A stretch of DNA of 64,000 bases from an uncultured Bacilli bacterium (GCA_947628585.1 CANRAL010000002.1:1343-65342), one strand, 5' to 3'. Numbered from the stretch's first letter, positions 8,808-18,776 are shown. Made by a program: numbers and translations. Notes: generated by a model from the letters alone, not told the origin.

Positions 8808-11800
8808 CTATTTCCAAGCAGGACCACCAACAATAGATTCATTATATGTATATCCATCCCATGGTGTCCAATATCCACTATTTACTACACTTTCTGGTGT
8901 TCTACTTCCTGAATCTCCTGCTCCTCTATTCTTTATGTATACTTTATCTCCGTAATTATTTACTAAGTCATCTATAAAACTACTATAACAGAATACATCT
9001 TTATATACGGCATTATTTGGTGCTTCATAGTCATAACATGTTAAGGTATTATTTCCATATCCACCAACTTGCTCTTTATTATAATCTCTTATATGTTGGA
9101 TCATATCTGAACTTAATTGAATACTAAATTCTAATTTTGAATCTGGATCATCTTTATCATCATTATATATTGTTGTATTACTTTCTTCTATTTCTTTTAT
9201 TGTTTCTTCAGCTTTATCTCTTACTAATGATAATTCTGATAATGTTGTATTTACATTCCAGTTATATCCATATTCTCTTCCGGCTGATTCTGTAAATCCT
9301 CCTGATGTTGTTACTGATTTAAAGTTCAATTGTAATTTATCTAAGTTAAAGATACAGTTTACACATTCTATATCACATGTTGGGCAAGGTACCCATTCGC
9401 AATATTCTCCTTCACACACGAAGTCACATTGTGGACACATATTATCATCTGGTATACATGTTGTATAGTAATGACATACATATTCACCATTCCATGTATC
9501 AGTTCCATTTACACCTTTGGCATTGGCAACACTTCTTTGTTCATTTTCACCGCCAAAGTCGATTAATCTACCTAAATCTCCTGAATCATAGAATTCACCT
9601 AAATCTTCAATTTTTAATCTAAAGATTCCACCTCCATTTGCATCTGATGACAATGGTAATCCATGTCCTGATCCATCTGGTTCTCCTACAGGTACTACTT
9701 GTAGATTTGGTCCACTATAATTTTGATTTGTTACATGACCACTCATTGGTCCACTTGATACTATTTGATAAAATACTGTTGGTGTTAAATATTCTTGAGT
9801 TGTTTCTTCAAATTTTTGTTTAGCAAATTTAGCTTTTGATACATCTTTTTCATCTTTTTTACATCCTTCAGTTGAACAAATTGTATGAGATCTTTTTTCT
9901 AATAATGATTCTGGACTTGTCCATCCTGAACTACATTCTTCGTACTTATTATCTACGTCTTCTTCACAAGCCATCAATGTTCCTTCAGGTCTTGTTGTTC
10001 CACTTATCATTTCTAGATATTTAGCATCATCTGATACTAATTTCATATATTCTTCAATATCATATTCCCATGCTATTTTATCTTCAAACTTAAATTCACT
10101 TTCCCATTCTGTTGAACATGAATTAAAGTTTTCAATTGTATTTTCATATCTTGTTTGTAGCTTTTCAAGTGCTTCTGAAGCTTTTGATAAATCATTTTCT
10201 ATTTGACTTGTTACATCACTTTCATTTTCTCCAGTATATTTAAATTTATGTGTTTCTCCCTCGTCAGTAACTTCTCCTGTTTTTTTATTAGTAGTTCCTA
10301 CTTTTCTACCAGCATAATTTCCTTCTACATACCAATAATCTGTTTCTTCATGATAGCCTATAATAGTCCCTGTTTCTTCATCAATATCTTGTATTTTTTT
10401 CTTATGTTCTTGTATTGTATTTCCTTGAGCTACTTTTGCTTTAGTATATAAATCATACATATCAATAAAGTTTGTTTGAATTTCAATTATGTCTTCTAAA
10501 TATTTATCTACATCTATTTGTTTTCCTTTAGTTGTTCCTTTACCACGATAGCAGTCCATACTACCAGTTACTTTAGCTTTTAATTTAAAGTATCCACCAC
10601 AATTTAATTTGTCTATAGCTTTATTTAAGACTATTTCCCGATAATCTTCTTTACAGAAAGTATCACAATAATCATTGCTTATGCCTCCGAGACTTTCATC
10701 TAACTTATATGTATTTCCAGCATCATCAACATTTTCAATAATACATTTCTTTATATCTTCAGGAGCTATTACTGAGCCAACTCCATCATCTTCTTCACTA
10801 CATATTGGTGTAGTTAGTGTTGTATCACAAGCTACTCCTAAACATTCAATAGGCATTATATATTGTAAAGTTTTATCTTGTTTATTTGATTCAGAAGTAA
10901 CATAATCATTAGGAATTACACCTACATATCTTTGTGTACCTTCTGAAATTTGATCATCAAATAAAGCAATAGATATATCTTTAGTTTCTGGTACTAAATA
11001 ATTAACCGTTATATTTCCACATGTTTCAGATTCAGTCATTTCTTTGTGAATAGTAATTTTTATTTTTACATTTCCATCTTCATCTGCAAAGTTAGAAATA
11101 TCAATTCTTTCACCAAGTTCTTTCCACTCACCATTTTCTTGATATTCAACTTTTTCTATTGTTATGCCATTTTCAGCACAATTATTACAAACTATATCAC
11201 TTCTGCCTACTTTAACATATCCATCTTTATTTTTAGTTATCTTAAAATTTACTATTTTTTCTTCAGTATTTCTATCTATTTTCACACTATTAGATGTTAC
11301 ATTAACTTCTGTATCATCATCTATTCCACCTTTATTAAAAAATTCGTATGCCGCATCTATTCCCTTTTGAATTAAATTTTTGGCTTTAGTAACCGTACTT
11401 TTTCCACCAGTAATAGCATAATTTTTACTAGGTTTTTTTATAGATACGCCTAAGGCAGATATTTTATCTTTATTATTTATTGCCATTCCATATCCTAAAT
11501 TCATAACTGCATATTTAGCTTGAACCCTACTTACATCGTCAGATTCATAATTTTTGTCGTCTAATCCCATTATTTCATTAAAATAAGCCCGTACAGCTAA
11601 ATCGGTAGCAGTTATATCACTGGTATTTGATGTAGTTGATTTAGCACCATTTTCTAAAATTGTATATAAGCCATAATATAAAGCTCTAGTTTCAAGTGAT
11701 GTTCCAGCATTGCCAAAATCAAAAATTTGTTTAACCTTTACTGTACTATTTCTAGCATTATTTAAATCTACTGGATCTACGCAATATAATTTAACTTGTT

Positions 11801-11996
11801 TTGAATTAGCTGTCGCGTAATAATTCCAAACATGATATGGCCAATTTCCTCCTTTTATTCCTAAACTGCTTGCAGCATCACCATTCCAATTAAATGTATA
11901 CTTATCACCAACATTAAATGCTTTAACACTACTATTATTAATTAAAAACATAAATAATATTAAAGACATTAAGAATAATTTTTTTAAATTTTTCAT
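8808..11996 (-). CDS. Giant secreted cysteine-rich protein (1062 aa), putative surface/adhesin-like cargo of the Tad-like locus
   Basis: Signal peptide (cleavage after ...NNSSVKA). Multiple Cys clusters (CNNCAENG; CPQCDFVCEGEYCEWVPCPTCDIECVNC). The gene start overlaps the upstream gene stop (ATGA), indicating operon coupling. Confidence 0.6.
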   Translation of the reverse strand: MKNLKKLFLMSLILFMFLINNSSVKAFNVGDKYTFNWNGDAASSLGIKGGNWPYHVWNYYATANSKQVKLYCVDPVDLNNARNSTVKVKQIFDFGNAGTSLETRALYYGLYTILENGAKSTTSNTSDITATDLAVRAYFNEIMGLDDKNYESDDVSRVQAKYAVMNLGYGMAINNKDKISALGVSIKKPSKNYAITGGKSTVTKAKNLIQKGIDAAYEFFNKGGIDDDTEVNVTSNSVKIDRNTEEKIVNFKITKNKDGYVKVGRSDIVCNNCAENGITIEKVEYQENGEWKELGERIDISNFADEDGNVKIKITIHKEMTESETCGNITVNYLVPETKDISIALFDDQISEGTQRYVGVIPNDYVTSESNKQDKTLQYIMPIECLGVACDTTLTTPICSEEDDGVGSVIAPEDIKKCIIENVDDAGNTYKLDESLGGISNDYCDTFCKEDYREIVLNKAIDKLNCGGYFKLKAKVTGSMDCYRGKGTTKGKQIDVDKYLEDIIEIQTNFIDMYDLYTKAKVAQGNTIQEHKKKIQDIDEETGTIIGYHEETDYWYVEGNYAGRKVGTTNKKTGEVTDEGETHKFKYTGENESDVTSQIENDLSKASEALEKLQTRYENTIENFNSCSTEWESEFKFEDKIAWEYDIEEYMKLVSDDAKYLEMISGTTRPEGTLMACEEDVDNKYEECSSGWTSPESLLEKRSHTICSTEGCKKDEKDVSKAKFAKQKFEETTQEYLTPTVFYQIVSSGPMSGHVTNQNYSGPNLQVVPVGEPDGSGHGLPLSSDANGGGIFRLKIEDLGEFYDSGDLGRLIDFGGENEQRSVANAKGVNGTDTWNGEYVCHYYTTCIPDDNMCPQCDFVCEGEYCEWVPCPTCDIECVNCIFNLDKLQLNFKSVTTSGGFTESAGREYGYNWNVNTTLSELSLVRDKAEETIKEIEESNTTIYNDDKDDPDSKLEFSIQLSSDMIQHIRDYNKEQVGGYGNNTLTCYDYEAPNNAVYKDVFCYSSFIDDLVNNYGDKVYIKNRGAGDSGSRTPESVVNSGYWTPWDGYTYNESIVGGPAWK

Positions 11997-12748
11997 ATTT
12001 CACTGCTCCTTTGTTTTTTTACAATCACAGCTACGACAACCCCACTTATAGTAATTAGCAAAATACTTCCGCCAATAACATAATATTTATTTTCTGATAT
12101 AAAATTTTTAAAACTATCCCAAAAATTATCATTTTCTACATTGCTGGTTTGATTATTTTCTTTGCTAGTTATATATTGTTTTATCCTATCCATAAAAGTG
12201 CCTAAATCAATTTCATTATAAGTAACAAACTTTTGACATAAACTAAATTCAGGAATATCTGTACATAGTTCATAATTATAATATTCGTTTAATCTAGGAA
12301 CTTTTAATGTAATAGTTCGCATTAATTCACCAGGGCATCCAGTATTATCACTAGTATAAACCTTAATTGTAAAATTTGTAACACTCTCAAGATTATACCA
12401 AGGAAACATAATTATATTATCCTTATCAGTAATATCATATCTATTTTTAGTTTTATCATTATCATTAGAAACTTCTAAATAAAATTTATCAGAAAGATTA
12501 GTAATAGATATATTAAAATACGTTCTTGTTGGAGGGATAAAATCAGCATTTTCATCTTCACCATCAGGAAAACCATATATACTTGGATCCAATTCTTCTT
12601 CCGCTTCCTCATATGTGCCACGCATATTAGATACTAAATTTCTTAATTCTGCTTGTTCACTTGTAGAACAAACACTTGCTGCACTAATATTTGTTATAAA
12701 TACCACACTAAATAAGAAAGAAATAAACATTTTTGTTATTCTTTGCAT
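11993..12748 (-). CDS. Secreted protein with N-terminal signal peptide and C-terminal TM anchor (251 aa), first gene of the operon
   Basis: Signal peptide MQRITKMFISFLFSVVFITNISAAS. C-terminal hydrophobic segment followed by KKQRSSEI. No homology recognised. Confidence 0.5.
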   Translation of the reverse strand: MQRITKMFISFLFSVVFITNISAASVCSTSEQAELRNLVSNMRGTYEEAEEELDPSIYGFPDGEDENADFIPPTRTYFNISITNLSDKFYLEVSNDNDKTKNRYDITDKDNIIMFPWYNLESVTNFTIKVYTSDNTGCPGELMRTITLKVPRLNEYYNYELCTDIPEFSLCQKFVTYNEIDLGTFMDRIKQYITSKENNQTSNVENDNFWDSFKNFISENKYYVIGGSILLITISGVVVAVIVKKQRSSEI

Positions 12749-12796
12749 ATTGCCACCTACCTACTATTTAGTTTATCATAGATAACTATTATTTTC

Positions 12797-12988
12797 AATT
12801 AAAAAATTGAACTATCAATTAAATTTAAATTAATTTAATCACTCCTTTTTAGTTCTACAACCCGAAAAATATTAATATAAATGAAAAAAATAGAACTTTG
12901 CCTAATAGTTTAACACTTTATTTTATAATTTCAACTATTTTTTTTATAACTATTTATTTTTAAAAATTTGAACTATTAATTAAATTAT
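12797..12988. promoter_or_regulatory. Divergent promoter region with two copies of a ~25-bp motif AAAAA(T)TTGAACTAT(C/T)AATTAAATT
   Basis: Copies at 12799..12823 and 12963..12987 lie between the minus-strand Tad-like operon and the plus-strand CPBP gene. Confidence 0.35.
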
Positions 12989-13017
12989 GATATATTTATT
13001 AAGAATGGAGAATAAAA

Positions 13018-13671
13018 ATGAAATTTTTAAAATATATTAATTATTTTAAAGGACTTCTTATCTATTTATTTTTAAATGTATTTAGCATATATTTTTTTAG
13101 TTTTTTATATCCTAATCATAAATATATTTTTAATATAATTAATTTAAGTATTCCTTTTTTAACTTGTTTTATTCTATTAATAGTTTATCGAAACTTATTT
13201 AATAATAAATTTAAAGATTATAAAAATAATTTTGCAAAATATTTTAATATAATGTTTAGATATTGGTTTGTTGGAGTAATATTAATGATTGTCTTAAATA
13301 CTTTAATAAATGCTTTAACTGGAAATATTGCTATAAACGAAGAAAATAATAGAACATTATTTAGTAGTTTACCTCTTTATTCTATAATATCTACAATTAT
13401 TCTTGCTCCTATAAGTGAAGAACTAGCATTTAGAGCTTCTTTTAAAGGAATTTCTAAAAATAAATATATTTATTCATTTATAACAGCCTTTATATTTGGT
13501 TTATTACATGTCATATTTAATGGTGATTTTCTATATATAGTTCCTTATTCTGCTTTAGGTTACTTTATTGCTTTAAGTTATTCCGAAACTGATAATATCT
13601 TAGTTCCTATTTCGATGCATGCTTTTCATAATACTTTATGTATTCTTCTTTTAATAGGAGGAAACCTATGA
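13018..13671 (+). CDS. CPBP-family (CAAX/Abi) intramembrane metalloprotease
   Basis: EELAFR motif (APISEELAFRASF), FGLLH and HAFHN motifs, multiple TMs. Confidence 0.8.
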   Translation: MKFLKYINYFKGLLIYLFLNVFSIYFFSFLYPNHKYIFNIINLSIPFLTCFILLIVYRNLFNNKFKDYKNNFAKYFNIMFRYWFVGVILMIVLNTLINALTGNIAINEENNRTLFSSLPLYSIISTIILAPISEELAFRASFKGISKNKYIYSFITAFIFGLLHVIFNGDFLYIVPYSALGYFIALSYSETDNILVPISMHAFHNTLCILLLIGGNL

Positions 13672-14483
13672 AAAAATATTTTTTTATTTTTATTATATTA
13701 ATAGCAGCCTTATTTTTATATGGTAGGTATATAGAACCTCATACTATTAAAATTAAAGAATATACTATATCTAATAGTAATATTCCTGAATCTTTCAATG
13801 GTTTAAAAATAATTCATTTTTCCGATTTATTATATAAAGAAGATACTACGGAAGATGATTTAAAAAAAATAGTTGCCAAAATTAATCAATATAAACCTGA
13901 TGTTATTTTTTTTACTGGTGATTTAATATATCAAAATTATCAAATAAGTGAAGATGATAAAAATTTATTAATTAAATATTTAAATAAAATGGATTGTTCG
14001 TTATATAAATATGCTGTTATAGGAGATAACGATGAAATTAATGATAATCAATATTATGATATTTTAGATAAAAGTAATTTTAAGTTATTAAATAATAATA
14101 AAGAATATTTATTTTATAAAGATATTAATCCTATTAAAATAATTGGTTTAACAAATACAATGAATATTTCTGAATTATTAATTGAGGAAGAAAACATTAC
14201 TCCAATATATACTATTGTTTTAACTCATGAACCTGGAAATATAAATGAATTAAAAGATTATAATTTTGATTTGATTTTAGCGGGTCATTATCTGGGAGGA
14301 ATTATTAATATTCCTTTCTATGGTGCTTTAATAAAAAAAGATCATACAGATAATTATTTAAACAATTATTATAAAATAAACAATACAGAAGTTTATATAT
14401 CTAATGGCATAGGAACTGAATATTTTTCTTTTAGATTATTTAATAAACCTTCTATAAATTTTTATCGATTAAATAAAAATTAA
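13638..14483 (+). CDS. Calcineurin-like metallophosphoesterase (YkuE-like), membrane-anchored
   Basis: N-terminal TM. IIHFSDLLY, GDL and GHYLGG phosphoesterase motifs. Confidence 0.75.
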   Translation: MYSSFNRRKPMKKYFFIFIILIAALFLYGRYIEPHTIKIKEYTISNSNIPESFNGLKIIHFSDLLYKEDTTEDDLKKIVAKINQYKPDVIFFTGDLIYQNYQISEDDKNLLIKYLNKMDCSLYKYAVIGDNDEINDNQYYDILDKSNFKLLNNNKEYLFYKDINPIKIIGLTNTMNISELLIEEENITPIYTIVLTHEPGNINELKDYNFDLILAGHYLGGIINIPFYGALIKKDHTDNYLNNYYKINNTEVYISNGIGTEYFSFRLFNKPSINFYRLNKN

Positions 14484-14508
14484 ACAGCTACTTCAATAGT
14501 AACTGTTT

Positions 14509-15417
14509 TTAAATTTCTTTTTGTAACTCATTTATGGTTTTTAATGATAAACCGGTTATTTCTTGAATATCACTATTTTTATATTTTCTAGTTAACATTC
14601 TTTTGGCTAGCTCTTTCTTTTCTTCACTTCGGCCTTCTTTTAGGCCTACTTCTCTACCTTTATCTATAGCTATCTCTTCAGCCCATTTACCATAAAATTC
14701 TTTGGTTTGTTCATCATTTACATATTTTTCTAACCATTCATTTAAACTCATTAAATATTCATCTCCTTCTGAGGCTCTTTTTCTTTCTTCATAACCTCTT
14801 GCTTTTAAATAGTTTAACCATCTTACCTTTTGTTCACTTTTAGTATACTTCCTTGCCTCTTCTATGTCAAGTCGATATATTTTTATCTTAAAGTTTTCTT
14901 TTAATATCGTATAGCTTAAATCATCTTCATTTATTATCTTATATATACTTTCTATCTTTTTAGGTATTCTTGTTTCTACTTTATCTACTATATTTATTTG
15001 AATTAATTGTTTTAATTTATTATATTTCTTATATCCTGCTTTATTTGATGTTGAAAATATCCTCATAGCATAATTTATTGATTTATTTAAACTTGCTAAA
15101 TTAAATATTTTATAACATTCTAAATTTATTAAATAATCTTCAAATACTATTAATACATCACTTCGATATTTTTTATCTTGATATTTACTTTTCCGTAACT
15201 CACTTTCGTAATTTACTTCCATTTTTATTTTCTTTAAATATTCCATATCAAGATCTAAAAAACAAGATAGAAAATACTTTAATATATTTCGATTATCCGG
15301 ATGCGTTAAAGCTTCTTTAAATAAAGTATCATCCATTAAAGTAAGATTTTTTACTTCTTCCTTAGTTACCATTTTTTCACCTTCTTTCTTTTTAAAAATA
15401 ATCCTACTATAGCACAC
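14509..15417 (-). CDS. Rpn-family recombination-promoting nuclease / putative transposase (PD-(D/E)XK, TIGR01784-like)
   Basis: N-terminal LMDDTLFKEALTHPDNRNILKYFLSCFLDL and C-terminal KEGRSEEKKELAKRMLTRKY repeats, typical of the YhgA/Rpn family. Confidence 0.65.
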   Translation of the reverse strand: MCYSRIIFKKKEGEKMVTKEEVKNLTLMDDTLFKEALTHPDNRNILKYFLSCFLDLDMEYLKKIKMEVNYESELRKSKYQDKKYRSDVLIVFEDYLINLECYKIFNLASLNKSINYAMRIFSTSNKAGYKKYNKLKQLIQINIVDKVETRIPKKIESIYKIINEDDLSYTILKENFKIKIYRLDIEEARKYTKSEQKVRWLNYLKARGYEERKRASEGDEYLMSLNEWLEKYVNDEQTKEFYGKWAEEIAIDKGREVGLKEGRSEEKKELAKRMLTRKYKNSDIQEITGLSLKTINELQKEI

Positions 15418-15486
15418 AAATATAGAAATATTTGTCGAATACGGGCGAACACTTTAATTTTTTTTAACATAAAAAAAACTTCTTTT

Positions 15487-15774
15487 TTAGAGAAGTTCTA
15501 TAAGACGAAAATTAGAATTTAATTTTGCTATTAAAGAATCTTTTTCGTATTTATCTAGCATATCTTTAAAGTTACTATGATCCATGAAAAATAAATCTGG
15601 ATAATTAATAAATATTTGAACATAAGTAGTAATACCTAAATCTTTTAAATACGCTAAATTCTTTTCCACTAATTTTTGGCTTTGTTTAATTTCATTCATT
15701 ATTTTTTTAGGAGTATTGTCAATTAACTTATCAATATCATCTTTAGTAAAATCATATTTTTCTAAAAATTTCAT
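15487..15774 (-). CDS. Hypothetical protein (95 aa)
   Basis: ORF in an operon-like array with the two upstream genes. No recognised motif. Confidence 0.4.
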   Translation of the reverse strand: MKFLEKYDFTKDDIDKLIDNTPKKIMNEIKQSQKLVEKNLAYLKDLGITTYVQIFINYPDLFFMDHSNFKDMLDKYEKDSLIAKLNSNFRLIELL

Positions 15775-16529
15775 TATGCCGCCCCTCTCATTCTACCAAC
15801 GCCATTATCCATAGTTTCATTAAGTTCTAAAACTTTATCAATTTCTGTACTTAATAGTTCAACATTTCCCACTTGAAATGCATCATTAAAGACTGCGAGT
15901 AAAATTTCTTTTTCACTTAAAGCAGATAAATCAACTTTTTCTAAAGCTTTTCGAACTGCTTCTTTATCTTCATCAGCTGTTAAAGTGAAAGTTTCTAATA
16001 ATTTATTACAAAGATTTAATATTCTTTCTTTTTTATTATTTTCTTCTTCATTAGGATTAGCTTCAAAATTCATAAAGCTTACTTCTTTAGGTTCTTCTTT
16101 AACTGTTTCGGTTTCTTTTTGTTTTTCAATTAAAGGTCGAACATTTTTTTCATATTCTTCTTTATCAAAGATAAAATCAGCACATAGATTAGTTTCTTCA
16201 TCTCGATATGGAATATGCATCGCATCACATTCCGCCATTCTTCTAATTATTTCCGCGGTATCAGGATTAGTTAATCTTCTAGGTTTATGCCGCATATCTT
16301 GGATAAAGTTCATTTGTTCAGTTAATTCTACATAATGTTTTAATTCACGAGGTACTATTGTATAAATTATAAAACAACTTGGACTAGTTGGATAAATATC
16401 ATGTTCTTCCAAAAGTTTAAAATTTTCTTCTTCCCCATTAATTAAAGAATAACTAAATTTTTCAATTTGCGCTTTATTCTTTTCTGACATTTTTCGAGTA
16501 GCAATTTCAACTTTTTCTTTTAACTCCAT
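15774..16529 (-). CDS. Hypothetical acidic protein (251 aa)
   Basis: ORF overlaps the downstream gene by 1 nt. No recognised motif. Confidence 0.4.
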   Translation of the reverse strand: MELKEKVEIATRKMSEKNKAQIEKFSYSLINGEEENFKLLEEHDIYPTSPSCFIIYTIVPRELKHYVELTEQMNFIQDMRHKPRRLTNPDTAEIIRRMAECDAMHIPYRDEETNLCADFIFDKEEYEKNVRPLIEKQKETETVKEEPKEVSFMNFEANPNEEENNKKERILNLCNKLLETFTLTADEDKEAVRKALEKVDLSALSEKEILLAVFNDAFQVGNVELLSTEIDKVLELNETMDNGVGRMRGAA

Positions 16530-16545
16530 TCTTTATTTCTCCTTT

Positions 16546-17664
16546 CTAATATGCCATTAAAGGAACCTTTTTAGGATCTAAACCACTTACTTGTAAAACA
16601 TTTATAGTATTAGTTAATCCATTTAAATCATATTTAACTAATATACTTGGCATCAAACATATATCTTCTACTTCTTTACCAATTGCTAATAACTTATCTA
16701 ATTTTTCTTGTAATTCAGAATCATATAATATTTCATAATTTTCTAATAAAATATCTAAATCCATATTTTTACTTTTTAATATTTCAACATTTTTCTTTAG
16801 TAAATTTTCATCATAATTTTCTAATATTTTTGTAAATGCTTTAGTCGAAAATTTATCAGCATTTAAACCAATTCCAGCCATTAAGTTTTCAAGTTTTCCT
16901 TTTGCTGATTCAGCACTATCTTCAGATATCATTTCGACATTTTCAATAGTTAATTTTTCTTCTTTTGGAGCAATATTTAATGGTTCTTCTTTAATAAAAT
17001 CTAATGGTTCTTTTATTTCAACTTCTTTACCATTTAATTTATTATCATATTCAAATAAAGCATCTTCAGGGAACATTAATAACTTCGCCGTTTCTCTTTG
17101 TTCTTCAGGAGTAAAATCAAATTTTTCAAGTAAAGAAACTATTTCATCACGAGTTATATTTATATTTCCATTTAAGGCTAAATTTATATATTCATTTAAT
17201 TTACTTTGATTACTTAAAGCTTCATCTTTTCTAATGCCTAACTCTTCAACCATAGTTATAGCATTATTCATTTCTTTTTCAACATTATCTAATTTTTCTT
17301 TAGCACTTTCATTTTCTCGAACTACTTTTTCAATCGTTTCTGGTAATAATTTATTTACTTTAGCATTAATATTAGCTGGTTCAAAATCTATTTTTAATGC
17401 TTCAAGAACAAAAGCAAAATCATCACGATTAATGTTACTTAAAACATCCATTAATTTATTACCTTGTTCTGCCAAAATTGCTTCTTCATTTGTTAAACGA
17501 TCTATTTCTTTTAATAATACTTCTTTTTCATTCTTCGTTCTTTCTTGAGTTTCAATAGCATTTTGTCTTTCTTTATTCATTTGTTTTAAAATCACACTAT
17601 CTTCACCACGAAGATTATAAAGCTTATCTAATAAACCTTTTACTTCATTTGTAATCATTTTCAT
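16546..17664 (-). CDS. Hypothetical coiled-coil protein (372 aa)
   Basis: Long heptad-rich N-terminal half. No recognised catalytic motif. Confidence 0.4.
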   Translation of the reverse strand: MKMITNEVKGLLDKLYNLRGEDSVILKQMNKERQNAIETQERTKNEKEVLLKEIDRLTNEEAILAEQGNKLMDVLSNINRDDFAFVLEALKIDFEPANINAKVNKLLPETIEKVVRENESAKEKLDNVEKEMNNAITMVEELGIRKDEALSNQSKLNEYINLALNGNINITRDEIVSLLEKFDFTPEEQRETAKLLMFPEDALFEYDNKLNGKEVEIKEPLDFIKEEPLNIAPKEEKLTIENVEMISEDSAESAKGKLENLMAGIGLNADKFSTKAFTKILENYDENLLKKNVEILKSKNMDLDILLENYEILYDSELQEKLDKLLAIGKEVEDICLMPSILVKYDLNGLTNTINVLQVSGLDPKKVPLMAY

Positions 17665-17783
17665 TTAATCACGCCCTTTATTATATTTAAATTATAACAA
17701 AAAGGTAAAAAAATGTAAATAGATAATGAAGTTTTTCACTAAAAATATGATTTTGAATATACTACCCTAGAGGAGGAATTGTT

Positions 17784-18776
17784 TTGAAAAAAAGAATATT
17801 ATTATTCATTTTTACTTTAATTATTTTAGGATTAATTATTTTGGGAGTTAGTTTATCAGGAAAAAAAGCTAATAAAGACTTAATAAACATTCGAGTTGCC
17901 GAAGTAACCCATAGTTCCTTTTATACTCCCCTTTATGTTGCTTTAGAAAAAGGTTATTTTAAAGATGAAGGTTTAAATGTGGAATTAATCTTAACCCCAG
18001 GAGCTGATAAAGTAAGTGCTGCCGTATTATCTAATGATGTTGAAATAGGTTTCGCCGGAGCAGAATCAGCAATTTATGTTTATAATGCTCAAGAAAAAGA
18101 TTATTTACAAATATTTTCGGGCTTAACCAAAAGAGATGGTCAATTCATAGTTTCTCGAAAACCAAATACCAATTTTCAATTAAAAGATTTATATGGTAAG
18201 GAAATTCTTGTTGGTCGCAGTACAGGAATGCCAGCATTGAACTTTTTAAACGCTTTAAAAAACAATAATATCGATATAGAAAAAATTAATGCTAATTATT
18301 CGGTAGAATTTGCAGCTTTATCAGGATCTTTTATTGGAGGTGTTGGCGACTTTGTTAATCTATTTGAACCTAACGCTACCGCTTTAGAAAAAGAAGGTTA
18401 TGGTTATGTTGTCGCATCAGTTGGTGAACTATCGGGAGAAGTTCCCTATACAACTTTTTATGCTCGAAAAAGTTATATAAATAATAATAGTGAAATTATT
18501 GAAAAATTTACTAGAGCTATCGCTAAAGCACTAAATTATACTCTTAATAATGATAGCAAAACTTTAGCAAATGATATCATTAATCAATTTCCAGATACCG
18601 ATTCTAATGATTTAGCTACTATGATAGATCGCTATAAAAAATATGATACTTGGTTAGAAAATCCTTTTGTTGATGAAAAATTATTTACTAATTTAGAAGA
18701 TTTCTTAATAGATTTTGATTTAATAGATGAATATGTCCCATTTAATGACTTAGTTCATAATTTTTACCATGACTAA
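17784..18776 (+). CDS. ABC transporter substrate-binding lipoprotein, NMT1/THI5-SsuA-like (NitT/TauT family)
   Basis: Signal/anchor N-terminus. Periplasmic-binding-protein type 2 fold hallmarks. Followed by ATPase and permease genes. Confidence 0.75.
   Translation: MKKRILLFIFTLIILGLIILGVSLSGKKANKDLINIRVAEVTHSSFYTPLYVALEKGYFKDEGLNVELILTPGADKVSAAVLSNDVEIGFAGAESAIYVYNAQEKDYLQIFSGLTKRDGQFIVSRKPNTNFQLKDLYGKEILVGRSTGMPALNFLNALKNNNIDIEKINANYSVEFAALSGSFIGGVGDFVNLFEPNATALEKEGYGYVVASVGELSGEVPYTTFYARKSYINNNSEIIEKFTRAIAKALNYTLNNDSKTLANDIINQFPDTDSNDLATMIDRYKKYDTWLENPFVDEKLFTNLEDFLIDFDLIDEYVPFNDLVHNFYHD

Noticed and set aside
9377-11375. Seven plus-strand ORFs of 60-109 aa
   Set aside because: All are antisense to the 1062-aa gene and consist of AT-rich low-complexity translations (poly-Ile/Phe/Leu). 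None has RBS or start context.
11993-12748. 251-aa protein as a TasA/camelysin-like fibre subunit or as a Flp/pseudopilin
   Set aside because: It has no class-III (prepilin) signal and no recognisable TasA/M73 features. It has a C-terminal TM anchor. Left as an unknown secreted protein.
17665-17783. Possible TPP riboswitch upstream of the NMT1/THI5-like binding protein gene
   Set aside because: No CUGAGA/ACCUGAUCUGG-type THI-box elements are visible in the 120-nt leader.
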